This document shows positions 35,324-45,126 of a stretch of 64,000 nucleotides of DNA, piece after piece. The notes below the pieces were generated by a model that worked only from the letters and a program-made list of their open reading frames with translations, did no database searches and was not told the DNA's origin. The position numbers and the translations under genes are program-made. Location of the stretch: the NCBI GenBank assembly GCA_001516125.1, contig LOEX01000107.1:2488-66487 (forward strand), read 5' to 3'. Within the stretch, counting starts at the first letter, position 1. Each line of letters opens with the position of its first letter. The stretch is from Sphingomonadales bacterium BRH_c42 (GTDB lineage: Bacteria; Pseudomonadota; Alphaproteobacteria; Sphingomonadales; Sphingomonadaceae).

Positions 35324-35700
35324 ACGACTTCGACGCCCGCCACGACAGCCCGGCGCTTCGGCTGGCGACGAAGGCGTTCATCGAGACGTTCTTGGAACAG
35401 GCTCTTCCTGATCTTCGGCTGGCAGCGAAGGGTTGTGGTTATGCTCTTGCAGTCCACGGATCGCTGGCGCGGGACATTGATATGATCGCAATCCCGTGGG
35501 CGAAGTCCGCCGATGCACCTGAATTGCTGGTCCAGCGCATTTGCGGCGTCCTGTCCGGCAAGCTGGGGCGAGCAATCTACAGCGGCGCGGATTGGGCTGA
35601 CAAGCCGCATGGGCGCAAGGCGGTGACGATCATCACGTCCGGTCCGCTGGAACCGGAAATCGACCTTAGCATCATGCCACGAAAAGAAGGGGACGTATGA
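35320..35700 (+). CDS. Hypothetical protein with nucleotidyltransferase-like GS..DxD motif
   Basis: GYALAVHGSLARDIDMIAIPW...KPHGR...EIDLSIMP; coupled between endolysin and i-spanin. Confidence 0.65.
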   Translation: MNDFDARHDSPALRLATKAFIETFLEQALPDLRLAAKGCGYALAVHGSLARDIDMIAIPWAKSADAPELLVQRICGVLSGKLGRAIYSGADWADKPHGRKAVTIITSGPLEPEIDLSIMPRKEGDV

Positions 35701-36044
35701 TGACGCCGATTGCATGGCTGAAAGGGCTGTCCCGGCTGGGCAAGGCTATCGTCGCCCTGATCGCCCTTGGCCTGGCGATCTGGGCGTTCTTCTTCGTGCG
35801 CGGGCTGTTCGTCGGCGATCTGGAAACGCGGGCGCGGCTGGGCACGGAACAGGCCGGGGCCGCGCTGGAAAGCGGCAAGGACGCCGTGAACACCGTCGGC
35901 GAAGCCCAACGCCGCGACGAAGCAACTGACAGGAAAGTGGAAGGAACCCAGAATGAGGTCGATAATGCGACTGACGGCGTTGGCGCTGATCGTGCCGGCC
36001 GCGACGGCTTGTGTGTCAACTTCGGTATTTGCGCCGACGACTGA
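35697..36044 (+). CDS. i-spanin (Rz-like)
   Basis: N-terminal TM, coiled periplasmic part, C-terminal Cys pair. Confidence 0.78.
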   Translation: MMTPIAWLKGLSRLGKAIVALIALGLAIWAFFFVRGLFVGDLETRARLGTEQAGAALESGKDAVNTVGEAQRRDEATDRKVEGTQNEVDNATDGVGADRAGRDGLCVNFGICADD

Positions 36045-36285
36045 CTGTTCGGCGCTGGTCCCGGACGAATGGCGATCCGGCGTGCCCAATGCCGCGCCCC
36101 CTGCCCAGGCTGACAATGATCTGGACCGGCTGAAGGGCTGGATCAATTTCGGCGTTGCCCAGACGGGGAACCTTGAAATCGCCAATGGCCGGACGGCGGA
36201 TGCCATCGGGATCGTGGAACGGTGCGAGGAACGGGACCGCGCAGCGGTGAGGCGAAGCCGCCCGAAGTTCCTGGGGCTGTTCTGA
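35965..36285 (+). CDS. o-spanin (Rz1-like lipoprotein)
   Basis: MRLTALALIVPAATA-C lipobox; overlaps the i-spanin 3' end in another frame. Confidence 0.78.
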   Translation: MRLTALALIVPAATACVSTSVFAPTTDCSALVPDEWRSGVPNAAPPAQADNDLDRLKGWINFGVAQTGNLEIANGRTADAIGIVERCEERDRAAVRRSRPKFLGLF

Positions 36286-36288
36286 TCG

Positions 36289-36582
36289 CTAGTCTGGACT
36301 TTGGCGGGCAAGGTGGCGGCGGACCAGCTCGTCCGTCACCGGGCGAGCCTTGCGCCCTTCGCGCAAGTTCCTGACGAAGCCGGGATCGTTCAGCAAGTCC
36401 TTGCCGAAACCGCTGGCAGCGGTGCCCGTGGCGGCAAGGTGCGCTTCGATCCATTCCAGAAGATCGACCGCTTCGCCCGCCTTGTGCGCAGCGACGAAGG
36501 CGACGGCAAGGTCCGCGTTCACCCGATCAAGCTGGCGACGGGCCTTGTCCCGCGCGGCCTTCAGTTCCTCAATTCGTGACAT
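36289..36582 (-). CDS. Coiled-coil + Cro-like HTH protein
   Basis: IEAHLAATGTAASGFGKDLLNDPGFVRNLREGR. Confidence 0.75.
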   Translation of the reverse strand: MSRIEELKAARDKARRQLDRVNADLAVAFVAAHKAGEAVDLLEWIEAHLAATGTAASGFGKDLLNDPGFVRNLREGRKARPVTDELVRRHLARQSPD

Positions 36583-36651
36583 GTGACATTCCATAGCGCC
36601 GATCCTGACGCCCGACGGGGTGATTTGGAAGCGCGAACACGGGGGCGGGCG

Positions 36652-36969
36652 CTACGGCGTCCGCCCCTTTCGTGCGTCTGGCGTCCGCGACTTCAGCGCC
36701 GGAAGCCATATCTTGTCCCCCGCCGGGGCGATGACCAGCACGCGCGCCCGGTCCTTCGTCCATGCGATGATCGGACACATGACGACATGCTGGTCCGGCT
36801 GGTCCCATGCGTTGCGCGACGGGGCGGTGAGAGTGACGGGGCGGTCGCTGAAGCGGGTCCAGTGCGGGCGTTCGCGCTTCATGGCGTCGAGCTGTTGCCG
36901 GGTATAGGGCGAGCCTTCGACGGGCGTGCCTTCCCATGCGCTGATCTTCGAAGGCGTGATTTTCCGCAC
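36652..36969 (-). CDS. Hypothetical protein at prophage right end
   Basis: GTG-start 105-aa ORF with phage-like codon usage. Confidence 0.55.
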   Translation of the reverse strand: MRKITPSKISAWEGTPVEGSPYTRQQLDAMKRERPHWTRFSDRPVTLTAPSRNAWDQPDQHVVMCPIIAWTKDRARVLVIAPAGDKIWLPALKSRTPDARKGRTP

Positions 36970-37012
36970 TAAACCGCCGCTTTCAGGAAGTATGGTAGCA
37001 AACAATTCCCTT

Positions 37013-37186
37013 CGCCCGCTCCAGTTTTTGTACAAATAATCAGGCACTTGGCCGCAAACCGAGAGCGGGCGCACTGCTTACAGGCCTCTCACTCGCGCGA
37101 AGTGTAATCACCGTGTAAGCGCGCCGGTTTGCGGCAATCTGATGCTGTCGTGCGGCAGAATGTTTAGGGTGACGCGCCTGTAAGGC
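37013..37186. other. Candidate att arm region
   Basis: 9-bp IR CGCCCGCTC/GAGCGGGCG (37013-37071) around IHF-like AATCAGGCACTTG; four TGTAA(G/T) motifs. Confidence 0.5.
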
Positions 37187-37258
37187 TGGCAAAGATCGTC
37201 ACGACGAATGGGATAAGCGTTGCAGAGGCAAGATGGCCGCTCCAAACGCCGCCGCGAG

Positions 37259-38370
37259 ATGACCATGGCCGCGCTAATCGATTTCTATGAGGCGCATGGC
37301 TGCATGGTCCAGCGCGGTAAGCGGATTGGGGAGCCCATGAACCGCTGACCAAGGCTTATACCCTCGCCCGGCTGCGCCACCACGTCGTTCCCCCTCTCGG
37401 CAATCGCCGCGCCAAGGATGTCACGAGTGGCGACATCGAACGGTTTGCAGCGGACGTGCTCGCAAGCAAGACCGCCAAGAACGAAAAGATAGGCCCGCGT
37501 CGGCGTATCATCGTCAAGGGCGGCCCTGGCGCATCGCGCAAGGTTGTCCGCGATCTCTCGGCCGTGTTCAGCTTCGCCAAGCGCGGCGAGATCGTGGAAC
37601 GTAATCCCGTCGCAAACGCAGCGGTGCGCAAGACCGATGGCCAGAAGACCCGCTTCCTCACTCTTGAAGAGGTGGGGCGCCTTGGCGGCGCACTCGACCA
37701 GCTTGAAAGCGAAGGCACCAACATCAAGGCGATCAACATCGCCAGGCTTTGGGCACTGACGGGCTGTCGCCGCAACGAGATCGCCGGCCTCAAATGGTCC
37801 GAGATCGATTTCGGGAATGGAATGCTCGTGCTTGAGGACAGCAAGACCGGGCATTCTGTGCGACCACTTGGCACGGCGGCGCCGACGCTGCTCCAGCAGA
37901 TCGAACAGACGAATAATTGCGAATTCGTCTTCCCGTCCGATACCGGGGAAGGACATTTCCAGGGGACGAAGACCCCATGGGCACGCGTAGTACGGAAGGC
38001 GGAACTGCCGGGCGTAACTCCGCACACCTTGCGTCACACGATCGGCTCGACCGCGATTTCGACAGGGGAAGCCATGGCGCTGACCGGGGTGATCTTGGGC
38101 CACTCAAATCCGCGCTCGACCGCAATCTATGCGCACATCCAGCATGAGCCCTCCCGCAAGGCCGCGAACCGCGTCAGCAAGAAGATCGCGGCGGCCTTCT
38201 TGCCGAAGGCCGCCCTCACCGGGCCGCTCACGGTAGAGGACCAGAAGCTGCTCCAAACGCTGAAAGCCCGGTTCGGCAAGGCCGACACTAGCGCAAGGGA
38301 ACTCCGCGAGGCCATCGCCGCTCTCGTCGAGCAGAGTGCGTCGGAGCACGACGCCATCAATGCTGCCTAG
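37259..38370 (+). pseudogene. Tyrosine integrase, N-truncated and frameshifted
   Basis: MTMAALIDFY...IGEPM stops at 37346-37348 and continues in another frame (PLTKAYTLARLRHH...); catalytic TGCRRNE, HTLRH, LGH, IYAH retained. Confidence 0.82.
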
Positions 38371-39920
38371 GACAGAATCTGCGCCGCAGTTCGGTCCGAT
38401 AGCGCGAGCAGCGTAAACGTCGGATTGACCGCGCCGCCGGTAGGAAACAGGCTTGCACCAGCGACATAGAGATTGTCGAGGCCGTGGACCCGTCCATATT
38501 CATCGGCAACGGACGATGCCGGATCATGGCCCATGATCGTGCCGCCAATCAGGTGGGCGCTGAACATCTGACCGGTCCAGACTTCGTCCGCCCCGGCGGC
38601 ATTCATCACCGCGATACCCTGATCACGCATGCGTTGCCATGCTGCAAGTGCGTCCGGGTCGTGCCGGTGCGACATCACCGGCGCGCGCGTTCCCCATTCC
38701 GTTTTGGCCCCGCCCAATGTTACGCGATTCTCGGGCAGCGGCAGCGCTTCGGCCATGCCGATCATGTTGCCGATGTGCCGCACAGCGCGGCGCATGAACG
38801 CATCGAGCGGTGCTCCGACGAGGTCGGCACGTGCGTTGGCGATGCCGGCCAGATCGTTGGGCTTGATCGATGGCGCGACGAGCCACTGGAACCCGGCATC
38901 TACCCCCCGGCGGTAACCGTCCTGGGCGATCAGCAGCGCACCCGAAACACCCATGTGCGGCTGGGTATCGATATCGTCAAACATGCCAAACACAGCGAGT
39001 GACGGGTGCGTCATCACATAGCGCCCAACCAGATCCGCGCCATTGCCGATCCCGCGCGGATGGTGATCGCTGGCCGATTGCAGCAGAAGCGCAGCATTGC
39101 CGACCACCGAGGCCGCCAGGATGACAGTGTCGGCCCGGATGCTGCGCGCTGCGCCGTTGGCTCTGTAAACGACGCCGTCAACCCTGCCCTTGCGCGATAC
39201 CAGCAGGCCAACGACCGGCGAATCGGCGTGGAAACTCGCCCCGGCGGCCTCGGCATCGGGCTTGTGTACGACCAGCGGATTGGCCAGTGCGCCTATCGGA
39301 CAGCCCGCGTCGCACCAACCATCATATATGCACGCCGGGCGCCCCCGGTACTCGACCGAGGTGATTGCCATCGGGGCTGGCGCGGTGCGCAGGCCGAGCG
39401 CATCGAATCCCCTTGCGATCGCGCTTGCCTGTCGGGTCAGCGCGAGCGGCGGCATCGGATAGGCTGCGCCGTGCGGCCGCCATACTTCGGCTCCGGCATC
39501 GCCGGATATGCCAACCTCGTCCTGTACCCGGTCGTAATGCTCCCTGAGGTCGGCATAGCCGATCGGCCAATCGAGACCCTTGCCATACAGCGAGCCCAGC
39601 TTGAAATCGGCTTCATGCATGCGCGGCCAGGTGCCATAATGGTGCAGCGCCGCACCGCCGTAGCCCCATCCGGCATTGAACCCAAAACCCACCGGATGTT
39701 CACCCCCGGTGGCGACCGGCGGCCCACCCCAGCGCAGCCGCCTGCTCCAGATCTGCGAACTGACGAGGTCGCCCATTTCCCATGCCGGTCCTGCATCGAG
39801 AACCGCGACGCGCTTACCCCCGTTCGCCAGGCGGCTGGCCAGCAAGGCCCCCGCCGCCCCGGCGCCGACAATCACCACATCGGTCTCGTCGGGCACGGCA
39901 ATGCGTGATGGCTCTACCAT
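38367..39920 (-). CDS. GMC family FAD oxidoreductase
   Basis: VVIVGAGAAG, C.YDGWCDAGC, AHLIGG..MG, NPTFT. Confidence 0.92.
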   Translation of the reverse strand: MVEPSRIAVPDETDVVIVGAGAAGALLASRLANGGKRVAVLDAGPAWEMGDLVSSQIWSRRLRWGGPPVATGGEHPVGFGFNAGWGYGGAALHHYGTWPRMHEADFKLGSLYGKGLDWPIGYADLREHYDRVQDEVGISGDAGAEVWRPHGAAYPMPPLALTRQASAIARGFDALGLRTAPAPMAITSVEYRGRPACIYDGWCDAGCPIGALANPLVVHKPDAEAAGASFHADSPVVGLLVSRKGRVDGVVYRANGAARSIRADTVILAASVVGNAALLLQSASDHHPRGIGNGADLVGRYVMTHPSLAVFGMFDDIDTQPHMGVSGALLIAQDGYRRGVDAGFQWLVAPSIKPNDLAGIANARADLVGAPLDAFMRRAVRHIGNMIGMAEALPLPENRVTLGGAKTEWGTRAPVMSHRHDPDALAAWQRMRDQGIAVMNAAGADEVWTGQMFSAHLIGGTIMGHDPASSVADEYGRVHGLDNLYVAGASLFPTGGAVNPTFTLLALSDRTAAQILS

Positions 39921-40441
39921 CTTGGGTCCGGCTCGATGTGCGGCAGATAGGGCACGCCCAGCCGTTCAAACCCGGCCTCGGTGCCATAAACCACGTCGAT
40001 CGCATCGGCGCGGAGCGCGAAATAGAAGAGCTGCGGCGGGGGAGCGCCCGTCCAACGCGCAATCGACCCGTCTGCGAGCGAAATAGCGATGGCATCCCAG
40101 TCTGCGGAGCGACCGCCGGTAACCCGCGCCAACGCGGCGAGAGCGGCCTGATAGACGCGTGCAAACGGAGGCGCGACATCAAGATAGCGCAGCATCAGCA
40201 GCGATTGCGCGGTCGGCACGCTGATATGATGATCGATATAATAGGCAAGCCCTGCCGCGCGCGCGCCAGGCACCAGCGCTTCGCCCAGATCGCCGAGTAT
40301 TGCCGCTTCGGCTGAGGTCAGCGTCCGGTATCCGGCCCCGCTTGTGGACTTTCCGACCCAGCGCGAAACCGTCGGCACGGCTACCGCCGCCACCGCTGCA
40401 ACACCGGCGCCAGCAAGCAGCTTCCGGCGAACTATCGGCAT
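39914..40441 (-). CDS. Gluconate 2-dehydrogenase subunit 3-like protein with Tat signal
   Basis: MPIVRRKLLAG + hydrophobic stretch; LVPGA..AG...YID. Confidence 0.8.
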   Translation of the reverse strand: MPIVRRKLLAGAGVAAVAAVAVPTVSRWVGKSTSGAGYRTLTSAEAAILGDLGEALVPGARAAGLAYYIDHHISVPTAQSLLMLRYLDVAPPFARVYQAALAALARVTGGRSADWDAIAISLADGSIARWTGAPPPQLFYFALRADAIDVVYGTEAGFERLGVPYLPHIEPDPRW

Positions 40442-40457
40442 CGCTGAACGCTCCAAC

Positions 40458-41567
40458 TCACAAGTTTGGCTTTCTGAGCCCGCGCGATTCGAGCAACGGC
40501 AGTACATTGTCACGAAAGTAGGGGAATTCGTCGACATAATCGACGAAGGATAGCGTCGTCCCGCCGAAGCCAGCCGCATGCAGTTGTGAAATACCGTCGG
40601 CAACCTGTTCGGGCGTACCTATCAACGGGAAACCACCATGGCCCATCGCCATGCGGTTGCGGATCTGAACAAGCAGGTCGTGCGGAAACGACTGGGCGTG
40701 TGCGATCTGCAGCCGCACGAGATTGTCGACTGCCACCCAGTCGGCGTTGGTATGGCCGAAATATTCGGCATAGGCGCGCGCTTCAGCTTCGGTGGGGCGG
40801 CAGACAACATGCGCAAAGGTCAGCACATCAACCGGGCGCCCGCTCGCAGCCGCCTGCGCCTTTAGATCGGCCACCTCTGCCCGCGAGCGTTCGATGTCGA
40901 TCGCCGGGGTAAAAAGGAAATCGGCATTGCGCATGGCGAATTCGCGACCGAGGCCCGATCCAGCCGCATTGAGGATCGGCGGTACGCCGTTAACCGGCTT
41001 GGGATCGCTGTGTACGCCGTGCAGCCTGAAATATTTCCCCTCCCAGTCGAATGTGCTGGGGTCGGTCCACAGGCGGTGGATGATGTCGTACCATTCCTGC
41101 GCATAGGAATAACGGGTTTCGTGATCGTCCGGCAGTGCGAGCCCGAGCGCCTCGTATTCGGGCTTGTTCCAGCCGGCGACGATATTGAGCCCTGCTCGCC
41201 CGCCCGAAACGTGGTCCATTGTGGCGATCTGCTTGGCGACCACGACAGGATGATTGGCGGTGGTGTGAACAGTGCCGATCACCGCAATCCGCCTTGTGCA
41301 GGCCAGCAGGCCGGTCGCCCAGGTGATGGTTTCGAGAACATTGCCGTGAAAATTGGTCTCGCCGCCATAGCCGATCCACCGCGCGATCGGCAGCATGAAG
41401 TCGATTCCGGCATCATCGAGCAAGAGCGCGAGCTTCTGATTATTGCTCCAGCTGTTGTTCCAGCGCTCCGCGATCCTGGTCACCGTCATGCCGCTCGAAC
41501 AGTTCGACGCGAAGGTTCCAAGCTTGAAATGATTGTCTGTTCTCATGCGGTTGTGCGCAGCGGACAT
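40458..41567 (-). CDS. LLM-class flavin-dependent monooxygenase (SfnG/RutA-like)
   Basis: ARWIGYGG, AKQIATMDHVSGGRAGLNIVAGW, NAAGS..GREFA, GTPEQVAD. Confidence 0.9.
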   Translation of the reverse strand: MSAAHNRMRTDNHFKLGTFASNCSSGMTVTRIAERWNNSWSNNQKLALLLDDAGIDFMLPIARWIGYGGETNFHGNVLETITWATGLLACTRRIAVIGTVHTTANHPVVVAKQIATMDHVSGGRAGLNIVAGWNKPEYEALGLALPDDHETRYSYAQEWYDIIHRLWTDPSTFDWEGKYFRLHGVHSDPKPVNGVPPILNAAGSGLGREFAMRNADFLFTPAIDIERSRAEVADLKAQAAASGRPVDVLTFAHVVCRPTEAEARAYAEYFGHTNADWVAVDNLVRLQIAHAQSFPHDLLVQIRNRMAMGHGGFPLIGTPEQVADGISQLHAAGFGGTTLSFVDYVDEFPYFRDNVLPLLESRGLRKPNL

Positions 41568-41605
41568 TCGCACCTCGGTCGCTCGATTGGTCGGTCGTCA
41601 ATATT

Positions 41606-41751
41606 ATTTTAATCATAAACTATTTGTCAATCTGATTGTCATGCACGGCTCATCCTCCTGTGACCTGGCCGATCCGGCCCGGACCAAAAAAGGCATTGTT
41701 GCAGGCAGGAGCGGCGGATTGAATCTTGACAATATATTTTAGGTATAAAAT
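41606..41751. promoter_or_regulatory. Divergent promoters, each with a palindromic operator
   Basis: ATTTTAATCATAAACT 41606-41621 and ATTTTAGGTATAAAAT 41736-41751, each 3-4 nt downstream of a TTGACA. Confidence 0.78.
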
Positions 41752-41800
41752 ACATCTGTAATCCGGCGGTCGCCGGGACATGGGTTACGGGGAGTGGACC

Positions 41801-44239
41801 ATGATGAAAGTTGATCGTAGCGGAATTGTCGCGGGATCACTGGCAAGCATGATGGCGATGATGTTCGCCATTCCAGCCATGGCGCAAGATGCAGCCGACA
41901 CGGAGGACGAACGCTCGCTGCTCAGCGACGAAATCATCGTGACCGCACAAAAGCGCGCGCAGAACGTCCAGGATGTCGGCATCGCAATCACGACCTATTC
42001 CGGGGAACAACTGCGCGAACTCGGGGTTACCGATTCGCCCGAACTGGCGGCGTTTTCGCCTGGCGTACATATCAGCGGCAATCTCGCCGGCCAGAACACG
42101 CAGCTAACGATTCGCGGCGTCACGCAGAATGATTTCAACGACATCGTCGAGGCGCCGAACGCCGCCTATCTTGACGAAGGCTACATCGCCATTGCGCAGG
42201 GACAGACCTTCGCGGTTTTCGATATCGACCGGGTCGAACTGCTCAAGGGCCCACAGGGCACGCTGTTCGGCCGCAATGCCACCGGCGGCCTCGTGCACTA
42301 CATAAGCCGCAAGCCGAGTTTCGACGAGTTCGAGGGCTATATCGATCTCAGTTACGGACTATATGACTCGCCGACGACACCGGGCGCCTTCCGCGGCGAG
42401 GCGGCGATCGGCGGGCCGCTCGGCGAAAAGCTTGCGGCCCGCGCGTCGTTCATGTGGAGCAAGCGCGACGCGCTTCTCATCAATGATTATCCTGCGGGTG
42501 CCGTAGGTGGCTCCCCCGGGCCGGGTGCGGGGGCGAATCTGGGGGATGATGACACACTCGCCGGTCGATTCACGCTCGCAGCCAGGCCGTCGGACACTGT
42601 ACGGTTCACGCTGTCAGCCAATGCCGCGCGCAGCAATCTCGCGACGGGGCCGTATCAGCAAAAACCGACGATCAACGTCTTCGACGCAGCGGGCGAGCTA
42701 GTCAATGTCATCGATGTCGCGGCGAATGAAACGCGCGCGTCAATCGGCGGGAACGGTCAGGATCTCGGTTCCGACCTCAATAACGATGGCGTCTTTGGTG
42801 ACACATTCGGGCGGCCTGCGGGAGCCGATTTCTTCGGATTCATCGACGCGGACGGGGCCGACTTCCGGACTTCGAGCGACTTTGCGTTCAAGGATCAAGG
42901 CCAAGTCGATACCTGGGGCGTGAATCTCAAGACCGAAATCGACCTGTCGGATTCAATCACGCTGACATCGATCAGCGATTACAAGGATTTCGAGAAGCTG
43001 CTGTTCATTGACGTCGACGCCGGGCCGGGCAACCAGTCGGCGAATTATGCCGGTGTCGATGCGACGACGTTCACGCAGGAACTGCGCCTCAACGGCAAGA
43101 CCGACTCCATCAATTGGGTTGCCGGTCTTTATTACCTCAACATTGACGCGCAATCGGCCAACGGGCTGAAGTTCCCGGTTGGCAGCGTGGTTCCTGGTGC
43201 TCCGTTCGATCTCGCTTCAGTGGCACACCTCAAGACCAACAGCTATTCGGCGTTTGGCCAGGCCGAATGGGAATTCGCCGAAAAGTTCACGCTGATCATC
43301 GGCGCACGGGTCATCCGCGAGGAAAAGAATTACAATTTCTTCCAGGCGCTGTTTTTCACGCAGGATTCACGCCAGATCAATCAGGGCGCGCCACTGGTGA
43401 TCGGGCCGGTGTTCGGATCCGGCGGACCGGAAGCCTTCGCGGCCGATACCGGGCAGACGCTGTGGGCGGGTAAATTCCAGCTTGAATACCGCCCGAACAA
43501 TGACCTGCTGCTCTACGCCGGCGCCAACCGCGGGGTGAAGGCAGGCAGCTTCAACGCGCAGTTGGCGGGCGGTCTTGCGGTTCCCGCCAGCGCAATACCC
43601 TATAAGGACGAAACGCTGATCAGCTATGAAGGTGGTTTCAAGCTGACCCTGCCCGATGGCCGCACACGCATCAACGGGTCGACATTCTATTACGACTACA
43701 ATGATTATCAGTCGTTCCTGTTCACCGGCGTTTCGGGTGTGGTGATCAATGCCGATGCGCGCACCTACGGCGGCGAATTGGAACTTCAGACCTCGCCGCT
43801 TTCCGGCCTCGATATCGCTGCCGGAGTTTCGTGGTTCGACGCGACGGTAAAGGACGTGCCGCTGCGTGTCGGTGGGCCGATCATACGTGACGTAAAACCG
43901 ACTTACGCGCCGGAGTTCCAGCTCAACGGCCTGATCCGCTATGCCTGGGATGCGCTCGGCGGGCGAATGTCGATCGGCGGCGACGCGCAATATTCCGATT
44001 CGTATTTCTACAATCTGCGCAATTTCGACGCCGACAAGTTCAACAGCTATTTCGTGCTGAACGCCGGCATTTCGTGGACCGATGCTAGCGACACCTGGCG
44101 GCTCGGTTTAGATGTGAAGAACATCACCGACGAGCGCGTCGGCATTCAGGGCTTCGATCTGGCCGGCCTGTGCGGTTGCAACGAGGTGTCCTACAAGCCA
44201 CCGCGCTTCTTTGCCTTGAGTTCGCGCTATTCGTTCTGA
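41801..44239 (+). CDS. TonB-dependent receptor
   Basis: Signal peptide, EIIVTAQKR, ELLKGPQGTLFGRNATGG, C-terminal Phe. Confidence 0.95.
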   Translation: MMKVDRSGIVAGSLASMMAMMFAIPAMAQDAADTEDERSLLSDEIIVTAQKRAQNVQDVGIAITTYSGEQLRELGVTDSPELAAFSPGVHISGNLAGQNTQLTIRGVTQNDFNDIVEAPNAAYLDEGYIAIAQGQTFAVFDIDRVELLKGPQGTLFGRNATGGLVHYISRKPSFDEFEGYIDLSYGLYDSPTTPGAFRGEAAIGGPLGEKLAARASFMWSKRDALLINDYPAGAVGGSPGPGAGANLGDDDTLAGRFTLAARPSDTVRFTLSANAARSNLATGPYQQKPTINVFDAAGELVNVIDVAANETRASIGGNGQDLGSDLNNDGVFGDTFGRPAGADFFGFIDADGADFRTSSDFAFKDQGQVDTWGVNLKTEIDLSDSITLTSISDYKDFEKLLFIDVDAGPGNQSANYAGVDATTFTQELRLNGKTDSINWVAGLYYLNIDAQSANGLKFPVGSVVPGAPFDLASVAHLKTNSYSAFGQAEWEFAEKFTLIIGARVIREEKNYNFFQALFFTQDSRQINQGAPLVIGPVFGSGGPEAFAADTGQTLWAGKFQLEYRPNNDLLLYAGANRGVKAGSFNAQLAGGLAVPASAIPYKDETLISYEGGFKLTLPDGRTRINGSTFYYDYNDYQSFLFTGVSGVVINADARTYGGELELQTSPLSGLDIAAGVSWFDATVKDVPLRVGGPIIRDVKPTYAPEFQLNGLIRYAWDALGGRMSIGGDAQYSDSYFYNLRNFDADKFNSYFVLNAGISWTDASDTWRLGLDVKNITDERVGIQGFDLAGLCGCNEVSYKPPRFFALSSRYSF

Positions 44240-44334
44240 CACCCGGCGCAAGCCCGGCTCGCGCACCGTCTTGCCAGCAGGCTGCGCGCGGATCACAATG
44301 CGGGCGAAAGCGTATTCACGAGGAATCGATTGAA

Positions 44335-45117
44335 ATGACGGCAGCGCTGCTTGCAGATCTCGCCTCGGGCATCGCCACAGGCACAATTCGCATTGTCGAC
44401 CTGACTGAAACGCTCCGTCCGGAATATCCGACGATCACCTTGCCTTCTGAATTTGGACAGGCCTCTCCATTCGTGAAGCGGCAGATTTCCAGATATGATG
44501 CGGCAGGCCCGGCATGGTATTGGAACAACTTCACCCTCAGCGAACACACCGGCACGCATTTCGATGCCCCGGTCCATTGGGTGACCGGCAAGGATGTGGC
44601 GAACGGTTCGGTCGACACGATCGAACCCGCCCGCTTCATCGCGCCGGCCTGCGTCATCGATTGCAGCCGCGAAGTCGCCGCCAATCCCGATTTCCTTCTG
44701 ACAGTCGATGTGCTGGAAGCGTGGGAAGACAGACATGGCCGCATTCCGGCGGGTGCATGGGTATTCCTGCGTTCGGACTGGCGCAAGATCGCATCGCCCG
44801 ACAACTATACCGGGCTTGACGAAAACGGAGCGCACTCCCCAGGACCTGACGCCGATGCGGTGTTGTGGATGATCGCGCGCGAGGCCATAGGCTTTGGCAC
44901 CGAATGCGTCGGCACCGATGCCGGGCAGGCGTTTCGCTTCGAACCGCAATATCCCTGCCACCATTACATGCACGGAGCCGGAAAATACGGCTTGCAGTGC
45001 ATGACCAATCTCGATCTGCTGCCGCCGACCGGCGCGATCATCGTGGCCGCGCCGCTCAAGATCGAAGAGGGTTCGGGCAGCCCGCTGCGTGTCCTCGCGC
45101 TCGTTCCGGGGGCATAG
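44335..45117 (+). CDS. Cyclase family amidohydrolase (isatin hydrolase / KynB-like)
   Basis: WYWNNF..SEHTGTHFDAP.HW.TGKD, GTE.VGTDAGQ, GSGSPLR. Confidence 0.88.
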   Translation: MTAALLADLASGIATGTIRIVDLTETLRPEYPTITLPSEFGQASPFVKRQISRYDAAGPAWYWNNFTLSEHTGTHFDAPVHWVTGKDVANGSVDTIEPARFIAPACVIDCSREVAANPDFLLTVDVLEAWEDRHGRIPAGAWVFLRSDWRKIASPDNYTGLDENGAHSPGPDADAVLWMIAREAIGFGTECVGTDAGQAFRFEPQYPCHHYMHGAGKYGLQCMTNLDLLPPTGAIIVAAPLKIEEGSGSPLRVLALVPGA

Positions 45118-45126
45118 GCGGACCCA

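Larger units (their letters stand above)
1..37010. mobile_element. Temperate siphovirus-type prophage (HK97-like head, RcGTA-like tail tip); left end beyond window
   Basis: Ordered modules: early arm, cI/cro, replication, HNH-terminase-portal-protease-capsid, tail, lysis. Genes are tightly coupled (ATGA/GTGA overlaps) and k-mer usage changes at ~37.0 kb. Confidence 0.95.

Noticed and set aside
36970-37140. tRNA or tmRNA fragment as att core
   Set aside because: No recognisable T-loop/CCA or cloverleaf; the att core cannot be defined without the left prophage end.
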